DNA of 64,000 nucleotides from Antedon mediterranea (taxonomy: Eukaryota; Animalia; Echinodermata), in the NCBI RefSeq assembly GCF_964355755.1, contig NC_092672.1:23573237-23637236 (forward strand). The letters run 5' to 3'. The notes under the pieces are model-generated. The model did no database searches. It was not told the origin of the DNA and saw only the letters and a list, made by a program, of their open reading frames with translations. Of the stretch, positions 24,309 through 37,926 are shown piece by piece. Position 1 is the first letter of the stretch. Each line of letters opens with the position of its first letter. The position numbers and the translations under genes are program-made.

Positions 24309-24624
24309 GCATATAACCATATAACTACATAACGCTGTGGTGTGTGTCACACATTGTGGATTCTTAATTAAACAAATTAATTAACAAAAAATTAAAAATC
24401 TGGCTCTGTAGCTTTGAGGACATGTCCCTGTAGTATGTTCATGCCAAATCCCAGCTCAATACTACAACGAATAAGGGGGGAGTAGTACTTTATAAATCGC
24501 ACTTTTTACTCAATAGTGTCCAGATGGAGGAAGAGAAAATGAGTAAGTACTAGACTCGGGTACCCCGAGTAAAAATTAATGTATAAATAATGTATATTTA
24601 TTATATTTCTAGTTATTATAACAA

Positions 24625-24760
24625 TCTATAAATTATGGTTAATTATTGTTAATTCTGGCATAGTCAAGCACAAGGGAATAACTTTGGGATAAATCTCCAC
24701 CTTGGATACCTACCTTTATCTATCTTAGATGTACTGCGAACGTAGATTTGATAACATTTT
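24625..24760. repeat. Dispersed repeat, second copy at ~61913-62040
   Basis: Shared ATCTATAAATTATGGTTAATT..AAATCTCC.CCTTGGATACCTA..TATCTATCT.AGATGTAC.GCGAA.CGTAGATTTGATAACATT. Confidence 0.8.
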
Positions 24761-27700
24761 TGTCTTTTACAAAGACAACATTTAGCGTTTCTTATCGAAA
24801 TTTGTGGAATCACAGGGTATTTTCACACACTTGCGCTATTCAACTGGCTTCCGGATCCTGTGACTTCCCGCAAAATGGCTGTTGGTGGCGACATTCAATA
24901 TTTTTATTCGTCGATAAGTCCAGAAAATGCAAATAAATGGCAAAATGAAAACTCTTGATATAATTTGAATTATGAAATAGGGAGGCTGAAATGACAGGCT
25001 TTTACTTTTTTAGTTAGTTTAGTTAGTAACTAATTATTTATTTAATTGTTGAAGGCCTTTACTTTTACGTAAACTAGGCCTACAATGTGATTTTGCGAGT
25101 GCAGCGAGCAACTGTAGGCTGGGGCCAGGGGGCCGGCAAGAAGGCCCCTGGAAGCTTTGGCTCTCAGAGTAATTTCGGTTTAATCAGCTACACAGACATT
25201 TCTACCTACTAAAATCTGAGTTCAAAAAAGTATATTATATTAGGCCCTTAAATAATTCCTTGTCCTACTATAAACATTAAAAAACACACATGTAGGAGGC
25301 CTACGTACACGTACCAATTTAACTCGGACCATTTTTATTCAAGTTTACACAGTGAAATTCTTTGGTTAAATGAAAAATATTTCCAGGAAAAATGTATAAA
25401 TACATAAATTATGTTGTTACAATGCAAGATAAAAGTACAATTGGACACAAAAAGATTGAACTGAACTGAACGTGATGTTGTGCATCCTGAAAAGCCCAGC
25501 CGAAGCACACGATTGGTCAGTCCATTTTTCTGTCATAATATAATATTTTTAACCATCTCTCAATCTCACGCTCAGCAGTGACTTTGATTTTTACGTATGG
25601 TTTGTGATTATCGCAATACAAATCCTAACTATACGTTGTTATTATTAAAAGTCACATAGAATAATTAATCAAACTATACTTGTTTGTGGTAACTTAACTT
25701 TAAGAACTTATCGGAAAAAAGGGAAACAAAATCCGCTTTCCAGCAATAATATTCAAATTAGTTTGAGAAAAACGAAATCTTTTAACTACAGACACTTTAT
25801 AAATATGTACTGTATGTAACGATTTCAGTTATTGAATTTCATTTTATAAATTTGTATTTTAATTTTGTTACTTTTACTGCATTTCTCAGTTATATTTATC
25901 AAAAATGCAGTGGGGGGTTTTTTAAAGAGTGAAGTGCGACCACACACCGGTAGGAGATGGAATCGGCCTTTCAGTCATCGATGCGTTTTGAATTATTATT
26001 ATTTTATTGTTCTTGGGCATGATCCTATTGTATCTGTTTGTTGTTAGTATTTGTATTCGTATTCGTATGAGCATATGCCACCGATTTAATTTATATTCAA
26101 TAAAATTATGTTCTACTTATACACAGTTATAGATGAGCTGTTTTCTATCCTTCCTTTATGGTCACACAAATATCCAATATATATAATATAAGAATGTGTA
26201 CATAAATTAATTTAAATAAGCAACAACTTTTTAATCGATTTACTTTGGCCTAGGCTTTCAACATGCAACCATGCTATTGGCAGAAAACCATGTTTGAAAA
26301 AAAAACAACATAGACGCCACTGTACTGGATATAGTTATAAATAAAACTACATTACCTAGCAGAATTAAGACAAATCTAAATTACTTTCCAAAGTTACGTT
26401 TCTGTTTCTGCTGTAGTAGTTGTATGAACTTGCTCAAATAAAACGTACTAAAATCAATTACTTTACCTCCAAATCATGTTTGCGTCGCAACTAATTTACC
26501 TGCAAAGCAATGGTTGTTTGATATTGTTTTTTACTTGCAATGCAAAAACCGGGCATATCGAGGATCTTGATAGTTAAACTTTAACTTATACTAAATTAGT
26601 TTTACACACTGAAATTGTTATTATAACCAGATAAATGTTACCAACATTTGAATGAATTGTAAAACCAATAGGAAAATCCGTATTTGTCTTAATACGAAGG
26701 AGACCTTTTTTATTGTACATTTAAAAATTTATTTATATAATTGGAAAATTATGACAATAAATAAAGGAAAATCGAATAGATATTGGTAAAACTGTATTCA
26801 GAATAAAAAAAGCTATCCTACGATACCAAACAGTAAAGTATTTGAGAAAATTAAAATGTTGACCTTTTGACCTTTATTGGTCACATGATTTGTTTTATTT
26901 CGCAATAACTATGTAACTATGCGTTTATTGATATGGGTGTAATGGAATAAAATAATCAGTATTACATTCCCCTTCCAATGATACCATGGATGATCAAGTT
27001 TAGTGTGGAACGTCGGCCATTTTGAAATACAAAATGGCGGCTGAATGAGTGGTCGAAAAAATGGCACCTAACTTTTTTTGGATTCAACATCTCAAGAATA
27101 ACAAAGTTAGCTAAAAAAATCTATTTTGGCACAAATATCGAGCAGGAAGACATAATAACCCGTACTATATAATATATATTACTATTATATTATTTGCATC
27201 TTACGTTTTTATGATTAGTACCAATTGTTGTAAAGTTTTTACATCATTACAGGAGAATTAATGTACATTTCGTTTACAAATAATCAAATATATTGAGTAA
27301 CTTTTCATTAACCTGGAAGTGATATTTTTGGCGTACATAATTTACAGACCACCATGAAACATCACAAAATCAAGATGCATTACTCATCAGTCATATGCAT
27401 AGGTGTCACCCGGCCTCTATTTCCAGAGGCGTTGGCCATGTTTTCGAGAACCTCTAGAACGAAGTGAGCGAACCTCTCTAGTTATTATAATTTGTCTCCT
27501 ATATTCAGAACCGTTTCAAAGACATTTATTATCCTCATCCTGTAGATACTGAAATTGTTACATAATCAAAGTGCAGTCGTTTCAGTACATATTAGACAAT
27601 GGGCTGTTCTGAATGATTTTAATCTACATGTTTTATGTTTTTGAGGGACAATACATCTTTAAAGTATCTCAATTATAAATACAGAACATGGGATAATTTA

Positions 27701-28157
27701 ACTTTACTTCATTCTAATACTATTGAAAAAAATGAATATTATGGATAATCATTAAACTGGACTGACAATAATGAAAAAAATAAATTTTTATATTTTTTTT
27801 AGCTCTAATCTCTAAAATGTTATATTAATCCTCAAAAGACAGTAAAAATAATGGCTGTATGAATTGTATTTTCACTTTAAATCAACTTTTAGACAATTAC
27901 AAAGCTGTATTTTGTATGGGGACAATTAAATGGTTATGTTCATTTTCAACATTTTAGTGATTTACTAAAATGTATGCTTGGTTACATAATATAGGCTACA
28001 AAATGTTTATTATGTTGCTATATTAAAAATAATAATTCAGTTGTTTGATGGAAAATAAGTTTGTTAAGATCAATTGACCAGAACATAGGATAGCTCAGTC
28101 ACTTTGCAGGTTTAACACAATTCTAAAATTTTAATGTTTTAATAATTATTTCAATAG

Positions 28158-28256
28158 GATGGCGCATCAGCATTGGCTTGGGCTTCATTATATGGTAATT
28201 TAAACATATGCCAAATATTGGTGGGTGCTGGAGCTAATGTGAACCTTAAAAATAAA
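28158..28256 (+). CDS. Ankyrin-repeat exon (DGASALAWASLYGNLNICQILVGAGANVNLKNK)
   Basis: 99 bp, AG|...|GTAAGT, phase 0-0, fits the ankyrin consensus G.T/S.L..A...G....C..L...GA.VN. Confidence 0.9.
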
Positions 28257-29726
28257 GTAAGTCATTTTATATTATTTAACATTTCAAACAAGTAAAAGTG
28301 AATGTAATACTAATTCACTGCATATTATGACAGCTACATTAATTGTAAGAATAGGCAGAGTAGTATCAATAGTAACATGTTTACTATTCCCTGATATGTA
28401 TAACTACAGATATCAAAATGATTACAAGTCTGTACATTAAAACAATAGTTTAAAAAAATTACACTATTTGTTGTATTTAAACATTTGTTCTACCAAACAT
28501 ACTGTAGTTGTGCAAGGAATGTTTATATATAGCAATGTATGAATTTAATTATTAAACATTTAAATGTCTCCAAATAATAAGAGGAAGATATGATTCAATG
28601 TTTATGTCTTTATTGGATCATCATCAGGGAAACAATACTAATTCAATTAAAGTATGCAAATGAGGAAAGATAAACAAAGTAATTAAATATATGTAATAGT
28701 AATACCTTGATTTTAGTTTTAGATCTCAAATACTTTATTTATCAAATCTATTTTTTATTTGAGCACTTTATTTTAGGTTCAAATTTTATACACAAATAGT
28801 TTTTTGTTATAGGGCCTGTTTCTGCTGAGCAGAAATAATCGATTATTAATCGATTATTTTTGGGCAGCAGAAACGTCGCAAAATTAAATAACCTATTAAA
28901 AATAACCGATTAAAAACACTCAATCCACTGCATGTTTTAACCGATTATTTCTTGTTTTAACCGATTATTGCGGAGCAGTTTTGAGCTGCAACACAAAAAG
29001 CGATTATTGACCACACTTTGTCCTCTAGAGTATGGCAACCCTCACTCACAGAGCATGCTGTTTATTTGCGCGATCGACGACGATCAACAAAACAATGATG
29101 TGGACCGAACATTTGATTGTTATTATTTTGTGGGGGAGAATTATACCGAGAGGATTCTGCATTACAAGTACACCGTTACATCCCACCCAGTCCAGGCTAA
29201 CAGTGTTTTGCATGTCCTTTTTTAGGCCTGTTGTTTTCGGTAGAAATTATATCCCAGCTACTAGGCTAGGCTAGGCAAAGTAGAACCAACAACGAAACGA
29301 ACTTTCTCGCCGACGTGTCCTTAATACATCATTATTCTGTTGTATGTGGTACGGTAGTAGGCCTAGATGTTTATTTTACAAATAATATAGCTTTACGTAC
29401 TGTAAGAGTTCAATTTTTACTTTTTAATCCTACATGTGAGAGTTTTAGGCAGCGATACTGTAGGATGTAAACAAACCAACTCTCATCGGCCTTCCATAAC
29501 TTGAACTACGTTGTGGGAATAGAGAGAAATGGCGAACCACGATGACGTCACTCAAATTTCACCGAGTGGGTATAGATTGTAAACAAACCATTTCGCCACA
29601 TTAGGCAAGAAGCTGAGGTGGATTTTTGTTTCATTTCGTGACCACCAGAAAGGGATTTGACCAAATTGACATGATTATTACTAAATATATATCATAAAAG
29701 TATTGTGAGTTTTCACAAACATATTG

Positions 29727-31796
29727 GGGTAGTAACAAAGTGCGAGGCAGCGAGGCACGCGAGGCAGGGAAGGCATGCGAGGCAAGTCTGAAATTTATGC
29801 GAGGCATTGTTTTACCATCATCAAAAAATGCGAGGCATCATTTTATCATTTCTCAAAACTGCAAGGCAGGAAATCACCGAAAGTGAAGTAGCCTAGGCTA
29901 GGCCTAGGCCCGCTAGGCTAGTTTCCTTTTGCACCTGCCTTGTATTTTAACCAACTTTATCCTGAATACCACAGCTTAGAATTAGTAGGCCTACTTTAAT
30001 GAAGAAAAATCACATAAAAGTAACAATAAATCCATTAAATTGGTGATTTTACAGACGTTGTTTTTCTCGCATTTTGCACACTCAATGTTCAATATTTTGG
30101 TTTCTATGGAACGCCAAAAGAGCAAAATTAATTAGAGGGCTAAAAACTCTGTGGAATCCATTTATATTTAACGCATTATTTGGTGAAAATCAAGTACAAT
30201 TTCAATAGATTTTGTCACTGTCAGTAAGAAAAAATGTTACTGTTCACCGGTGTACTGTTGATAATGTACACGGTTTCGGTAACCTTTTAAAGAATAAAAT
30301 AGAAAAATTCATCATAATATCCTTAGTAGGATGTCCTAGGTCTAGACTAGGTAGTGATGTTGATTTAGGATCGATTATTATTCTTTGAAAACAGAACAGT
30401 ATCAGCAGTAGCATATTACAGCATTTTTATTGACAAATTAACAAATATATTGAAATAAAACGTGTTTTTCACCAATAAATGCATGAGAAATTGACGCATT
30501 CCACTGAGTTTTAGTCCTCTATTATCGTTGCTCTTTTGGCGCTCCATAGAAACAAAAATATTGAACATTGAATAAGTGAAATTCGCGAACAGTGTGCGAG
30601 AAACACGCCTGTAAAATCATTAATTTAAGGATTTATTTGTTACTTTTTATGTGATTCTTTCATTAAAGTACTCATGAGGTATACTTCTAGGGTGTGGTAT
30701 TCACACGATAAAGTTAGTTATCAAATTTGGAGTAAAAATACAAGCGAAGGAAACTAGCGCCAGGTTTATTAGTACGTACATGGACAACAATAAATAAAAA
30801 TCGTTCGTAATATACCTAGCTTACTAAAACAGGAATAGTGTATCATTATTAAATATTACACCAATTATTATTATATCAAAATTGATTAATTATTTTCTAC
30901 ATAGGCCTCTTATCTAGGTTAGGGCTAAGCATATTAGCTAAAGTTTAATTTTAGGCCTAGTATTACAATTGTCGGACGTAAGTCTTTTTTCACACGCGCT
31001 CCAGAATTCTGTCACAATTTTTTTCTTTGCGGCATGTTATTGGATCGCCATATCAGTTACCTTTTATTCACCGCCAGTTATTGAACTTGTCCTGGCAATC
31101 GCTGTTCACCTTATTTGCGAGAGAGGTACACGTGTTGTTCCTAGAGAATGGAATGTCAAAAATGTCTTTGGCACGCCGCTCAGAGAGAAGTCTGTGCGTT
31201 GCTGCTGAAACCACGTGCTATAGGAGGGGATCAATGCACCACAATCCTCAGAGCTGAGGGCTGAATCATTCCGCTACCTGCTAAATAGTACAGAGGGATT
31301 TTCCATCTCTCGGGTCTACCGGATCTAGGCGCAGGGGTGTGACAAAATATTATTTTCACTCTGCTATGTTCGAGAGACATGTGAGTGAACACGCTCGAAA
31401 TGCCAACAAACATTGCAGTCATTTGATGAGTGTGTCGCTATAACAATTATTGTTTATCGAAAGTTGAAGACTGTCGTTCAGATTTTTTAACCGTAGTTTG
31501 GGCACTTTTGTAAAAGTAAAATTTGACACGATATGACTTGAATGAAAAAACAATCGTTACATAAAAATAAACAACATGATGAGTGTATACACGAATCTAT
31601 TTAGATACGCTTGTATCGATTGATTATTAGGCCTATAATATAGCATAATAGCACGTTAAGATATGCCTCGCACCTTTTTGAAATTGTAAACTATATGCCT
31701 CGCATGCCTCGCACTTTTGGAAATGATAAAATGATGCCTCGCACAAATATTTGGCATGCCCCGCTTGCCTCGCTGCCTCGCACTTTGTCAACACTC
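29727..31796. mobile_element. Nested level 4: non-autonomous MULE-like element with 9-bp TSD
   Basis: AACATATTG|GGGTAGTAACAAAGTGCGAGGCAGCGAGGC ... GCCTCGCTGCCTCGCACTTTGTCAACACTC|AACATATTG; TIRs contain tandem TGCGAGGCA motifs. Confidence 0.88.
29918..30758. mobile_element. Nested level 5: foldback element with ~280-bp TIRs
   Basis: 29918-30190 (CTAGTTTCCTT..CAATGTTCAATATTTT.GTTTCTATGGA.CGCCAAAAGAGCAA) is the reverse complement of 30465-30758. Confidence 0.8.
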
Positions 31797-31974
31797 AACA
31801 TATTGCTTGCACATTAGTTTACAATCTCATTTTTAAAACTGATAAAATAGTTTTTTACAACCTCGTACACTACAGCCAATCAGAAACATCGTATAAGCAC
31901 CTGCTTGGTTACTTCTTGTATTGACCAATCAGAGATGATGTATTATCACTGTTTGGGCATAGTGCAGAGTAAAG

Positions 31975-33593
31975 ATGGCAGCTTACATGTCAGATGGGGA
32001 TCACCATTTGCGATGTTTTATGTGCATTTTTCTAAGCAAAAAGTCTTCAGTAGTAAAATTTAATGACAAGACATGGCCAAAATTTTTGAATATGTCACCA
32101 AATGGAAAAATTTAGAAGGAAAACAAGCAGAAATTGCCAGAAATTACATCGCGAAATGTCAAGGCCTCTGCAAGTGCCAAACAACAACCATCATGCAAGA
32201 CGAACAAGGTTCAATCTAGGCCTAGGCTAGGCCTAGTACTAGTAGTAGGCCTGCTGTGTGTGGAATTTCTATATGTGCTGGCTTTCATCAAGTTTGTTAT
32301 TCTAGGTTTACTGACAAGCAGAGAGTTGAGAGAGTGCAAAAGAAAGTACAATTTGAAGCTAGCATTGGTAAGTTGATAAATATAAAAATTAAAATATTAA
32401 ATTATTATTATAATATTATTATAGGCCTAGGCTAGCCTATATTAATTAATAATATAGCATGCCCTACCAGTACTAGTAGTAGTGGGCTAGTAGTAGTAGG
32501 AGTATAGGCCTAGCCTAACTAAGCTACTATATTACTATTAAGGCCTACTAGTACTACTGTCTGTAATATACCATGCCTAGGCTAGAGAGAGGCCTAGCTT
32601 GGATTGTTATATTTTATTACGTTTCATATTAAAAGTGCTTTCCTTTAAGTAGACCCCTGGCCAATTAAAAAAAAAAATTGTTAGATGTTTTATTTTTGGT
32701 ATTTTGTATTAATATTTGTCCTCAGTGAGGAAATTCGGATTAGGCCCTACACGACTTAGCTTGCCAATCCGCTTAAGATGATTTTAAATTAAACCGATGG
32801 TAATTGTGCAAAAATGTATACTTGCTATTTTGATTCCTGGCCATTTGTTCATAGTATATAAATATGTTTATGCTTTTGATAACTTATAATTAAATTACTG
32901 AAAATCTAAAGCATAATAAGCAGTTATTATAGTGATATCTCTATTTTTTATTGTATGCTTTAGCATCAACATCAACTAATGAATCTGCTATCAACATGGA
33001 AGAGACAGATGATGGTATTTCTCGACCACCACCAATCAAAACACGATGTCTACGTTCAAGCACAGATTTATTCAAAAGTAAAGGCAAAGCCAGGTCGCAC
33101 TGTGTATTGCCAAGCATCTGTGTTCTTTATTATTCTGTGTAAAAAAAGACAAAAGCATCACTTGTCGAATAACAAGAAAAAGTGTTCGATAATGATAATA
33201 GAAGCACGTAATCTAGTTCAGGCAGCCAAAAACAACAACAACACTGAACTACTTCTTAAAATTCAAGGTAAAGACTGTGTTGCTATCGAAGTGCAATACC
33301 ACCCTACTTGTTATAAGAACTTTACTCGGTATTTGGGTAAGCCCAATGAAGCAAGTACTTCTCTGGACACAAAATATTCTGAAGCGTATGATGTATTTTG
33401 TACCACAGTAAAAACAAATATTATTGACAAAAAGGAAATTTACAGGCTGACAAAACTCAATCAAACAGATAAAGACTTCCTAGATAAACAATTGCTTCAT
33501 GAAGAAATGTACAATATAACTGATACAGGAACAGACACAAATGTGCCCAACGTTGAAGATCATCACAGACATAAATACACCTTACACCATTAA
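31975..33593 (+). pseudogene. Frameshifted, truncated N-terminus of a large DNA-transposon protein (Academ-like)
   Basis: KFNDKTWPKF..WKNLEGKQAEIA (exon ~31975-32350), then LRSSTDLF..VLPSICV and LVQAAK..ELLLKIQGKDCVAIEVQYHPTCYKNFTR (D.VA.E..YH..CY motif). Confidence 0.6.
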
Positions 33594-33666
33594 AGAATGT
33601 AATGACAGTACCGCCACAGACACATCTGAAGATTCTAGAAATTTCCCAAGACATTGTTTATCAACG

Positions 33667-34518
33667 ATTACTAATGACGAACAAGTTTATTTATAATGCA
33701 CAGCATATTCAATTTTGAAAAAATTTTAAATTCAGTTTTCTTATTTATTGTGTCTATAGGTTTAAGAAAACATTAGTTTGCATAAGATATCTTGTATTTT
33801 TGTGTTTAAAATTGAAATTTATAAGCTAATTTCGAAGAAATTGCATTTTTTATTAAAGGTCAGTGACCGTTTGACCTCTGAAGATGTCAATAAATGTTGG
33901 ATTCATTTTTTAAAAGGTATATTACAATTAGGCAATCTATACACTACATACAGAAAAATGCAAATCTGTTAAAATTGTAAGTTATTCACAAAAATGTTAC
34001 CCCCTACCCCATAATTGTAAATGATTACAAATTACTAAAAACAACAAATTTCTTCATAATACATAGCATATTCATTTTTTGTTAATCTTTAATTTCAATT
34101 TTCTTGTTTATTGGGTCTATATGTTTATGAAAACATCAGTTTCCATATTATCTATTGTATTTTTTTTGTTAAAGTTAGAAAAAAATTCATTTTTTTATTA
34201 AAAATGTTGTCAATATTTGTTGGATTTATTTAGAAAAATATATTAGGCTTAAGCGTTCTATACACTACATTCTGATACCAAGAAAATGTAAATCTGTTCA
34301 CTCAATCCCAAGTTATTAGCAAAAATGTTACACCCTACCCCAAAATTTTGTGTTGCATATTTTCCGTAGGCGGTGTTATATAATCTTAAAAAATGACTAT
34401 TAAGCTGTACAATTGGCATTGCTATCATGGATTTCTGAAAAGTAGACATGCTAAGCTTTCCAAAAATGTATGATAGCATTTGCCACCAATTTGATACTGA
34501 GAAAATGTCTGGCCCATG
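33667..34518 (+). repeat. ~850-bp copy of the right end of the repeat-arm element (46893-47795)
   Basis: Collinear high similarity from ATTACTAATGACGAACAAG to AAAATGTCTGGCCCATG. Confidence 0.9.
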
Positions 34519-37388
34519 TCTGCTATGTATGTATAGATATACTTACATAGACAGCTTCATTATAATATGTGTTTTTGATGGTTCATGCTGTAATTACAGG
34601 GTAATTGGTTTATTTTATAGCTTTTAAAGTTCATTAATTGTATTTCTGATGCAAAAAAACATATAATTAGACATCAAAATCACTGAAAATCTAATAATGT
34701 TTTCTGTATATTTTGCATATGATAAAGATAAAAGTTCGTTGACCTTTGAACATTTTTGGTGATAACACCCTCATGTACGATTTGATGCATACCAAACTAT
34801 ATATTTTTGGATTCTTTGCATCCAGCCGAGTATTTTGATATATAATTTGCCATAAATGGACTATTTTTCATATTTGACCTTAATTGACCTTAAAATTAGC
34901 CGTTCTCGCTAACGAACAAGTTTTGAGCTTGTGAAAAATAATATGTTGTTCGTATGATCCTACTGCTCCATCATACAAAAAATTACGAAATCCCTAGGTG
35001 GTGGTCACGAAATCGAAAAAACTAAGCATATAAAATGCCTATGGCCTGCTGTCTACATGTTTTTGTATGGGAAATTCCGATGGGTTGAGTTAAAAAGGTA
35101 GGTAGAAAAGAACGTTTAAAACACACATAATAGCTGTATCTTTTTTTTTTGCAACACCCTTAACAATTTTAATGTTATATGGGCAAATCTTAACATATTT
35201 TATTTTAATTTGGATTGAATTAAGACGCGTTTTTGTTATAAACTGTACCCAGCTCTAGGCCCTAGATAGTTGGCCTGTAATTGTATGCTGTAGTACCTCG
35301 AGTACTCGAGCCTAGCACGGTTTATCGGTTATTATAATAATAATATTGGAAATTCGTTATTGCATACTGTACTACTACTACTACTTTAGCTAGGGTGCTG
35401 CTAGGACTCTCCTAGCTAGGCCTAGCATTAGTTTCAGCTTGACAACTGCCATTGTGTTATGTGGCTAGTGATGCTACCTGCAGGGAGGCTACCGCCAGTA
35501 ATGAATACTTGATAACACCATTCAACTATAATACTATAGGCCTAGTCTAATGTAGACCTACAGATATGAGATATTTTTAGGAATATGATTGTGAATGATG
35601 GATGACTTTTATACATATTTCATTGTTTTATTGGTTTATTTTCAGTTATATAATGCCACACTACTGTATTGCATTTGGTTGCAACAATGTGTCAATGTGT
35701 TAGACGATGCCATGATTCACGTGTATAAACATAGGAAATGTGCCGCCCTCAACGGTTTGTTATGATTTTATACCCACTCGGATTTTAGACGTCGGTTCGC
35801 CATTTCTCTTTATTGATGACATGATTGTTAAAAAGCGATTACCAGATGAGAACATTTTCAGTTACAATGCAATCAATTCTGTGGTTTGTGGTACTTAGGA
35901 AAAATCAATTATTTTTATTTTTTCAGCAGAAACCGACTCTAAAAAATTTACAATTTGTTGCTGATGCACTATATTACAAACAAAATTTACCACTCAGTTT
36001 CAAATTCAGACCTCTCTTGATAATCACGGGAGTTTCTTGATATTTCATTTCATCTGCTTTTCCGTAAAAAAAAAAAGATTTCTGATTTTTTGGATAATTC
36101 AAAAAATGTCCTGACAATGTATATTTCTACTACTAGTATGAGAATAGATATAGATAATAAAGAACAAGAATATTGACATATTGATATTTGAGTAAACTAC
36201 TTTGCTTAATAGGGGACAATACAGTCATTCAGCGTTCGGGTAACAAACTCGCATGATGAATATACATGTAGTAAATTCTTACCAGAGGGGTACATGTACA
36301 TCAAAAGGAATTTCACAACAGTCGTTCGGTGTTCGGGCAACAAACTCGCATGATGAATATACACGTGGTATACTAGAGTGCGTGAAATTGTAATTATTTC
36401 TACTTATTTGTCTATATTATACGAAAATAACGTTTAAATCCTGTTTAAAAAAAATTGTTTTCATTCAGTTTGCCGACGACATTTTTTTTTTTGCTTTGAT
36501 ATGAAATATGAATCAATATTTTTACGATTGACGATTTAGTGATGCTTATCAGCATGTTAACGCAGGTTTCAATCGTGACTTGATTCGTGTTAACGCAAAT
36601 TGGCGCGAAGTAGCAAGATAGTAGGTAATGCAACGTAACGATTTACTGTCACTCTCGCTCGCGATCAAATAGGCCTAGCATCAGGTCAATTTCGGTTAGT
36701 TTTACATTTTGCCAGAGACATATGATTACTGTATGCGTTTGTGTCGTTTGGAATAATTTGTTGATCACAGCCGTGAACTTTTATTGACCCAAATCAATGC
36801 ACATGTTTACCAACCGCTGAACGAGCACATTGTTTGTGTTACGCATTCATCGTCCTCCATTTGTTTTTGGTTAATTCGTGTACCCCAAAAATGACAGTTC
36901 GTCGTTATCGAGTCAGTATTAGGCCTAACGTTTATTTTCCAATAAATACATTTTCCAAATATTGAAAGCGCATTTATATCAATAAAACATCAATTAGTTA
37001 GTTTTATAGAATAATACATCCACTGTAAAAAAACCTTGTTTGTGGGTTTCCGGACGTTGTGTGCATAAACTTGTATACGCAGATATTTATATACTTTCTT
37101 TGCAAGTATGCCACTGTTTTAAAAATGTAGATTTCCAAATAAATTATTAATAATTCATTTTTTGTACTGTAGTATGTATTACATTTTGTTGTAATTCGCA
37201 GATTTAAGTGTATGTAAAGTAATAATTAACATTTAACCTAAACAATGATAAGCTAGGCCTATAGTCTCAGATTTGTTGGTTCTGTGAAATGATACCAAGG
37301 TTGGTTAGCAACATAGGCGGTACTAATACGCGTCTTATATCTATTGTTTCACCATATACAAGCAATACAGACGGGTTTTAATCACTCA

Positions 37389-37926
37389 TACCCCTTTCAT
37401 ACCAAAAGCAAAACTTGACGCAAAGTTGACGCCCCAGTGTTTTGGTGTGAAAGGTAAAATCAAGCAACTCTGGAGTTTAAAACTGTGGAACATTCTCTGG
37501 AGAGCGAACTGCGGGGACACCCCGGCGGTGTGTTGGTGTGAAAGGTACCAACATCAAACTCTGGTGTTTTTAGGTCAAAAGGTCATCCTCACACTTGCTT
37601 TAGTATTTTTTCAAAATACTTTAATTTAAATATTTGTAAAAAAATATATAGCGGGTCTAGAAAATAGTAAGTAGTATCAATGAAACATTATATGACTTCT
37701 GAGACTTTTGAAAATAATTATTAAATTAAAAATATTTTCAATTAAAATGATTCTAATGATTGTCGCTATGTAAACAAACAAAATAAAAGGGCGACATTTG
37801 CAATTTCATTTTATAAATCCTGGTGTTGCTAGGTTGGTGTGAAAGGGATATCTCCGGAGTTTCTCTATATTTTTAATGGTCATAAACCCCGGGACATAAC
37901 TCCGGAGTTTTGTTGTCAAAGGGGTA
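37389..37926. mobile_element. MITE with TACCCCTTT termini and repeated TTGGTGTGAAAGG motifs
   Basis: TACCCCTTTCATACC ... TGTCAAAGGGGTA; internal AACTC(C/T)GGAGTT palindromes. Confidence 0.6.

Larger units (their letters stand above)
23634..24571 (-). mobile_element. HINE/Pearl-like element with tandem core units carrying tRNA-Val-like sequences
   Basis: Hairpin GCACGAATGTGC plus subTIR TACTCGGG(G/A)TAC (23639 and 23865) is matched by terminal ACTCGGGTACCCCGAGTA at 24554-24571. Confidence 0.6.
29602..35041 (+). mobile_element. Nested level 3: decayed Academ-like DNA transposon
   Basis: TAGGCA..ATTTCGTGACCACCA..AGGGATTT vs AAATCCCT..GGTGGTCACGAAAT..TGCCTA; contains a transposase N-terminal remnant. 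Confidence 0.6.
29519..35812. mobile_element. Nested TIR element, level 2
   Basis: ATAGAGAGAAATGGCGAACC..GACGTC..CCGAGTGGGTATA..AACAAACC vs GGTTTGTT..TATACCCACTCGG..GACGTCGGTTCGCCATTTCTCTTTAT. Confidence 0.75.
28811..35940. mobile_element. Outer degenerate TIR element (Harbinger-like), host of a nested stack
   Basis: AGGGCCTGTTTCTGCTGA..AAATAATCGATT vs AATCAATTATTT..TCAGCAGAAACCGACTCT; related to the MITE at 53886-54480. Confidence 0.45.
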
